DNA of 64,000 nt, from assembly GCA_038321985.1 (NCBI GenBank), contig JBBQFN010000003.1, positions 1 to 64,000 on the forward strand, read 5' to 3'. Source of the stretch: Cyanophyceae cyanobacterium (GTDB lineage: Bacteria; Cyanobacteriota; Cyanobacteriia; Cyanobacteriales; Laspinemataceae). The notes under the pieces were generated by a model, which was not told the DNA's origin, made no database searches, and worked only from the letters and a program-made list of their open reading frames with translations. Shown one piece after another: positions 58,556-64,000 of this stretch; the stretch's first letter is position 1; each line of letters starts with the position of its first letter. The position numbers and the translations under genes were made by a program.

Positions 58556-60478
58556 TTAGGAGGGCTTCCCCACCAGCCAATAGGTGAGCATTTCTCCTTT
58601 ACCTTTTACGGAAATTAGTCCCCGTTGTTCAAATTCAAAGCGCTGTTTTAACCGTTTATAAACCGCCTCGGTTACCTGAATTTTTCCCGGTATCCCGCTT
58701 GATTCCATTCGAGAAGCGGTGTTAACCGTATCCCCCCATAAGTCATAAATAAATTTACTCATGCCAATGACTCCGGCGATCGCCGGACCAATATGAATCC
58801 CGATTCTCAGTTCAAATGTCTGGTCGTTTTTCTGATTAAATTGGGCTAACTCCTCTTGCATATCAAGCGCCATTTGAGCCACGGCAAAGATAGCATCGGC
58901 ACAGGGAACAGGTAATCCCCCAACTACCATGTAAGCATCCCCAATTGTTTTAATTTTTTCTAAAAGATGTTGTTTTGCTAGCTTGTCAAATCTAGAAAAA
59001 ATTTTATTTAAGAGCTCTAGTAATTTCTTAGGTGGTCTATTGGCGGCAAACTCAGTAAACCCCACTAAATCTGCAAAGATAACGCTGACTTCTTCAAAAT
59101 GATCCGCTATAGGATTTTCTCCTTTTTGAAGACGAATGGCAATGGGTTCGGGTAAAATATTAAGCAGGAGAGCTTCAGTTTGATTCTGTTGAAACTTGAG
59201 GGCTTCTTGAGCTAACTTGCGTTCGGTAATATCGGAAACAAAGCCTTCATAATAGACAATCTTTCCCGTCAGATCTCGGACGGCACGAGCCGTCTCAGAA
59301 ATCCAAATAATGCTTTTATCTTTGCAATACACCATCGATTCAAATCCCGAAACAGAATTTATAGAGGCGATCGCCTCTATAAATTCTTGACGACGGCTCG
59401 GATTAACATAAATTTGCGTGCTAATATTCTGAATACTCTCTTGTAATTCTTCCCCAGAAGCATAGCCATATATCTTTGCCAGGGCTGGATTCACGCTTAA
59501 ATAGCGCCCCTCTAAACTGGATTGAAAAATCCCGGCAATGGCATTTTCTACGATACTATGATATTGTTCTTCGGCTCGGATCAAGGCTTCTTCAGCTTGC
59601 TTGCGATCGCTAATATCCCGCGCTACCACGATCACGGTATCTTCACCCACTGGAGACACAGCAGCCGAAAACCACACTTCCTCATCTTCACTTTTCAGGC
59701 TGTAATCAAAATGTAAAGTATCTCTAGTCTCCAACACTTGAGCAATCATATTTAACCAAATATTTGCAGTTTCAGGGATGAAAAATTGTTCAATTGTTTT
59801 TCCCACCCAGTCAGTATCTAGGGGATACAACTGCATCCAATTGGTCGGAAAAATATCCAAATTGCCAATAGTTCCCTCTTGAATACTAATCAGGGCAACG
59901 ATATCAGTCATTGACTCAAAAACCGCCCGCATTTTCTCCTCAGCGGACCGCAACTTTTCGTCTAACAATTTGCGTTCATTAATTTCCGCTTGTAATTGCA
60001 AATTTTGGGTGGCTAAAAGTTCAGTCTTTTCTTGGAGTTGCTTTTGGAGTGCCCGTTGCGAGAGGTGTGTTTCTACCCGCGCCAGGATTTCTTCCACCTG
60101 AAATGGCTTACTGATGTAGTCAATCCCTCCAGCTTTAAAGGCTTTTGCTTTATCAAATCCTTCAGTTAATGCACTCAAAAAAATAACAGGGATATCCTGA
60201 GTTTGAGGATTTTCTTTTAAAACTTTGCAAACTTCATACCCATCTATTTCGGGCATCATGATGTCCAGTAAAATTAAATCGGGTTGTTTCGTTAATATAA
60301 AATTTAAAGCCAAATTTCCATTTGTAACTCCTCGGGCTTGATAATTATTTTTTCTTAATAAATTAATCAGTAATTTTACATTGGTAGGAACATCATCTAC
60401 AATTAATATGTCTCCTTTATACTCAGGCTCTTCTTGAAAAATCATCCCGTTTGTTGCTGATGTACCTTGCTCGCTCAT
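58556..60478 (-). CDS. Receiver + PAS + PAS + class III adenylate cyclase
   Basis: LLDIMMP, ARDISDRK / SDITERK PAC ends, FADLVGFT, EKIKTIGDAYM, YDLWGDTVNTASRMES. Confidence 0.92.
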   Translation of the reverse strand: MSEQGTSATNGMIFQEEPEYKGDILIVDDVPTNVKLLINLLRKNNYQARGVTNGNLALNFILTKQPDLILLDIMMPEIDGYEVCKVLKENPQTQDIPVIFLSALTEGFDKAKAFKAGGIDYISKPFQVEEILARVETHLSQRALQKQLQEKTELLATQNLQLQAEINERKLLDEKLRSAEEKMRAVFESMTDIVALISIQEGTIGNLDIFPTNWMQLYPLDTDWVGKTIEQFFIPETANIWLNMIAQVLETRDTLHFDYSLKSEDEEVWFSAAVSPVGEDTVIVVARDISDRKQAEEALIRAEEQYHSIVENAIAGIFQSSLEGRYLSVNPALAKIYGYASGEELQESIQNISTQIYVNPSRRQEFIEAIASINSVSGFESMVYCKDKSIIWISETARAVRDLTGKIVYYEGFVSDITERKLAQEALKFQQNQTEALLLNILPEPIAIRLQKGENPIADHFEEVSVIFADLVGFTEFAANRPPKKLLELLNKIFSRFDKLAKQHLLEKIKTIGDAYMVVGGLPVPCADAIFAVAQMALDMQEELAQFNQKNDQTFELRIGIHIGPAIAGVIGMSKFIYDLWGDTVNTASRMESSGIPGKIQVTEAVYKRLKQRFEFEQRGLISVKGKGEMLTYWLVGKPS

Positions 60479-61170
60479 AGTATCTACTAGAATAAGAGGT
60501 TATTTCTACTATTCAATTAGCTTTAATCTCTGTATTATACTATAAACTACCTCTCAATAATTTTTACAATCTTTAATCATTCATAGGGGCTATTTACACT
60601 TAAAAATTATTCCAAATAACATATTATAAATCTGCGATTTCATGCCTTGAATTAAAACCCAATGTAGGAGTTGAACTGGGTCACCCACTTATGCTGTCAT
60701 TTTCTCCAGCAATTTGCGCCCTATCTCCAGGTATAATAATTTTAATTTAGGGGACAATATAAACTAAATAAACCGGCGTTTTAAAGCAGAATTTCAATCA
60801 TTCTGTTCTCGGTAAATTATCTAACCTTTAATAGGATTAAGCCGCATAACACCCATCAGAAAGAATCGATGCGATCGCCTAGGGATCGATAAGCCTATGG
60901 AAGGCCGGGGGAGACTGGACTTGATGGCTTTGCAGTTGCCAATCTCCCCTCTCAACGGTAAGGGTACCCTGAATTCCTCTAGCCCCCTGTCCAGCTAGAA
61001 AAGCAACGCTCGCGCTCTAAATTTACTACTCCATCTATATCTTAAGGCTGATGTATGTAGGCACAGTCCCTTGATAACCTTAACTCAGATAAGGGATGAG
61101 GAGAGGGTGCAAGACCTGCAACCCACCAATCCCCCTCACTATGGAAATTTTAGACCAGGAGAACCATAAT

Positions 61171-61530
61171 ATGCCGTCTATCAGCTTAAAATTACCTACT
61201 TCTTTGCGTCCGCTACGCTTTTTGTTGGCCGTCTGTGTATCTGCTTTACTATTTTTCAGCAGTGCCTTCCCGGCTTATGCAACGACCAGTAGCCCGACGA
61301 AAGGTGAAGATCAGATGCTTAAGATAGAGAAAAAATCCCTTGAAGCGATCGGAGATGATCCTTATACCTTGGAAGACGAGATCAATGAAACCAACCCTGG
61401 TTTGAATGGCGTTCAAGGCACTGCGGATCAAGATAAAATGATCTCCCCAGAAGATGCAAAGAGTGACGGTGCAACCTCGTTTACCGAGCAAGTCAAGAAC
61501 GCGGTGGGAAACATCAAGGGCAAAGACTAA
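61171..61530 (+). CDS. Small exported cyanobacterial protein (low-temperature-induced-protein-like)
   Basis: AGGAG SD, signal peptide ending PAYA, TSSPTKGE..., GLNGVQGTADQDKM. Confidence 0.7.
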   Translation: MPSISLKLPTSLRPLRFLLAVCVSALLFFSSAFPAYATTSSPTKGEDQMLKIEKKSLEAIGDDPYTLEDEINETNPGLNGVQGTADQDKMISPEDAKSDGATSFTEQVKNAVGNIKGKD

Positions 61531-61624
61531 TCTCTAGCTCGGATCGGGGGATAACATCTCCTCAAAAATTCCCACTCCGTTCAAAGATTGTAGGGGTTCG
61601 GGCGACCCCTACCCTGGGACGGTG

Positions 61625-61657
61625 TAAAGGGGCAACAGTTGAACTGTTGCCCCTTTA
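61625..61657. terminator. Perfect hairpin, probable bidirectional terminator
   Basis: TAAAGGGGCAACAGTT-G-AACTGTTGCCCCTTTA between convergent genes; REP-like GTAGGGGT..ACCCCTAC at 61590-61612. Confidence 0.75.
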
Positions 61658-61695
61658 ATGATTGGGGACCCGGGCGGAGATCGCCTGGGTCAAAC

Positions 61696-62193
61696 TTAAC
61701 CGCAACTACTAAAGTCACAGTCGCCACCGGAACAATCTAGGGTGCTATCTTCAAGGGGACTACAGTCGCTGCAACTGATTTCACCACAATTAAATAGATT
61801 GACGCACTCCAAGGTGTCCATACAGCCATCGCAACCGAACCCCGGGGCTAATTCAGTATTCCCACAATCACTGACTGGATAAGAAGGTGCAGGTTTGGGC
61901 TTTTTTTTCCGTTGAGCGGTGGCCCCCATTTGGGAGCGCAGAATTTGATGAGCTTGCTTGCAGGCGGCAAATCGTTGTTGAGATAAGGCGATCGCAGCCG
62001 ATAAACCCCCTTTAGCCACTGCACTCTTGACGTATTGGGAACAAGACTCGCCACCATGAAGGACCCGATGAGCGCAGGAAAAGCCTTTATGGGGGGAGAG
62101 GTATTTTTGATAGCCGTTAATCGAGGCGATCGCGATCGCCCTCAAAAGCTGCGAATCCAGTAAAAGCCGCGAATCCAGTCCCGATGCGTTCAT
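61696..62193 (-). CDS. YidD-like (hemolytic domain) protein with Cys/Asp-rich tail
   Basis: INGYQKYLSPHKGFSCAH...SCSQY YidD motif; 10 Cys in the last ~57 residues. Confidence 0.8.
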   Translation of the reverse strand: MNASGLDSRLLLDSQLLRAIAIASINGYQKYLSPHKGFSCAHRVLHGGESCSQYVKSAVAKGGLSAAIALSQQRFAACKQAHQILRSQMGATAQRKKKPKPAPSYPVSDCGNTELAPGFGCDGCMDTLECVNLFNCGEISCSDCSPLEDSTLDCSGGDCDFSSCG

Positions 62194-62400
62194 GTTGCCT
62201 TGGGTGAAGATGTCCGTTATTTCAAGTCGAAGTTTATTCTTTTACCCGGACTAAATTCGAGCATCCGCCAAACGGGGCCAATTGTGTCGAAATATTAAGG
62301 TCTGTTTCATTTTTGTCACATCTAGGGGTTTACCCTGCAAGAATGCGATCGACCGTGGTACGATTGCATTCCGTAACCGTGACAGATAGGGAGAAATTCT

Positions 62401-63621
62401 TTGGCACTACGGGTTGCTGTTGTTGGATCTGGACCGGCTGGTTCCTCTGCTGCCGAAACGTTGGCAAAAGCAGGGATTGAAACCTACTTGTTTGAGCGCA
62501 AGCTAGATAATGCGAAGCCTTGTGGCGGGGCCATACCCCTTTGTATGGTGAGCGAGTTTGACCTTCCCGCTCACATTATCGATCGCCGGGTGAGAAAAAT
62601 GAAAATGATCTCCCCCTCGAATATCGAAGTCGATATCAATTTAGAAAAAGAAGATGAATATATTGGGATGTGCCGCCGGGAAATCCTAGATGGATTCCTG
62701 CGCGATCGCGCTGAAAAATTAGGCGCGAACCTGATTAACGGCACTGTTCACAAACTGGATATTCCCACAAACAATACGGATCCCTATATCCTCCACTATG
62801 CCGACCACTCGGAAGGCACCGTAGAAGGGGTCCAAAAAACCCTAAAAGTCGATATGGTCATTGGTGCAGACGGTGCGAACTCTCGCGTCGCCAAAGCCAT
62901 TGATGCCGGGGATTATAACTACGCGATCGCCTTCCAGGAGCGGATTCGTCTCCCGGAAGACAAAATGGCCTATTACAATGACCTAGCGGAAATGTATGTC
63001 GGGACCGACGTTTCCCCCGACTTCTATGCCTGGGTCTTCCCCAAATATGACCATGTTGCCGTCGGAACCGGCACGATGAAAGTCAACCAAGCTTTAATTA
63101 AAAAGCTGCAAGCTGGCATTCGCACCCGGGCTGCCAAACGGCTAGAAGGTGGCGAAATCATCAAAGTGGAAGCGCACCCGATTCCGGAACATCCACGTCC
63201 GCGTCGGGTTCTGGGTCGCGTCGCCCTCGTCGGGGATGCCGCAGGGACCGTCACCAAATCTTCTGGGGAAGGGATTTATTTTGCCGCCAAATCCGCTCGG
63301 ATGTGCGCCGAAACCATCGTTGAGTTTTCTGAAGGCGGAACCCGAGTTCCCACGGAAGAGGAACTTAAAATTTACCTGCAACGCTGGGATAAAAAATACG
63401 GCATCACCTATGCGGTACTAGATATCCTGCAACGAGTGTTCTACCGCACCGATGCCACTCGGGAAGCATTTGTGGAAATGTGTGCTGACATGGATGTTCA
63501 GCGCATGACTTTTGACAGCTATCTGTATAAAACAGTAGTTCCCGCCAATCCTTTTGTGCAGATGAAGATTACTGCAAAAACCATTGGGAGTTTGCTCCGG
63601 GGAAATGCCTTAGCACCCTAG
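62401..63621 (+). CDS. chlP: Geranylgeranyl reductase
   Basis: VVGSGPAG, DNAKPCGGAIP, VSPDFYAWVFPK, EAHPIPEHPRP, SGEGIYFAAKS; TTG start with GGGAG SD. Confidence 0.97.
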   Translation: MALRVAVVGSGPAGSSAAETLAKAGIETYLFERKLDNAKPCGGAIPLCMVSEFDLPAHIIDRRVRKMKMISPSNIEVDINLEKEDEYIGMCRREILDGFLRDRAEKLGANLINGTVHKLDIPTNNTDPYILHYADHSEGTVEGVQKTLKVDMVIGADGANSRVAKAIDAGDYNYAIAFQERIRLPEDKMAYYNDLAEMYVGTDVSPDFYAWVFPKYDHVAVGTGTMKVNQALIKKLQAGIRTRAAKRLEGGEIIKVEAHPIPEHPRPRRVLGRVALVGDAAGTVTKSSGEGIYFAAKSARMCAETIVEFSEGGTRVPTEEELKIYLQRWDKKYGITYAVLDILQRVFYRTDATREAFVEMCADMDVQRMTFDSYLYKTVVPANPFVQMKITAKTIGSLLRGNALAP

Positions 63622-64000
63622 AACCGCCAAAAACAGGATCCAGCTAGCTCTAAAGGCATCTGTCAACCGGATGGGATGAGTAGGGAAAACTGGATTCTGT
63701 TTGCAGTCCTTCGTTAGCTGATCGTGGCGATCGGCTCAATTCAAATAATTAGAAAGAGCGCTCTCCCTCGGCACAAAGCAGTTTGGGGGAGCGTTTTTCT
63801 ATTGAAGCGTTAAATCCCCATATAAACCGTAGTCCCATAAAAAAAGGGAGAACTCCCGGGAGTTTTAAAGCTGAAACTCCCAATCGTCTTCTTCCTGTCT
63901 TTATGGATGAGGTTATACCGCTTGGGGGCTTTCATTGGCCGGTGCAGTAGTGGGTAACTCTAAGCAATAACCCGCGCCATAGACTGTTTTAATGTAGCGA

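Noticed and set aside
1..64000. Frequent GCGATCGC octamer
   Set aside because: Ordinary cyanobacterial HIP1; useful only as a taxonomic clue

Overview
64-kb window from a cyanobacterial chromosome (abundant HIP1 octamer GCGATCGC, chlP, hps genes). A filamentous, gliding Oscillatoriales-type organism is inferred. The main feature is a ~32-kb surface-glycoprotein locus (2633-34353). It combines (i) a six-gene CDP-sugar pathway predicted to make a 3-C-methyl, O-methyl 6-deoxyhexose; (ii) three GT41 (OGT/SPINDLY/HMW1C-type) protein glycosyltransferases, two of them giant fusions with GT2/GT4/GT11/methyltransferase domains that share a repeated helical module; (iii) two paralogous unassigned GT-A-like proteins and a methyltransferase-GT fusion; (iv) an RTX Ca-binding protein rich in N-X-S/T sequons; and (v) a type I secretion module (PpiC, HlyB with an inactive C39-like domain, HlyD with symmetrically extended coiled-coil arms). 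The rest holds dTDP-rhamnose genes split by an MFS gene, glmM, a Schlafen/AlbA_2 + ParA two-gene cassette, hpsL/N/O/P, a peptide ABC transporter, two adenylate cyclases, a Cys-tailed YidD and chlP. Non-coding highlights are four DnaA-box-like motifs at an exact 21-bp period (957-1028), a MITE-like inverted-repeat element and several REP-like or heptamer repeat families. All calls come from motif recognition by eye; no database searches were run.
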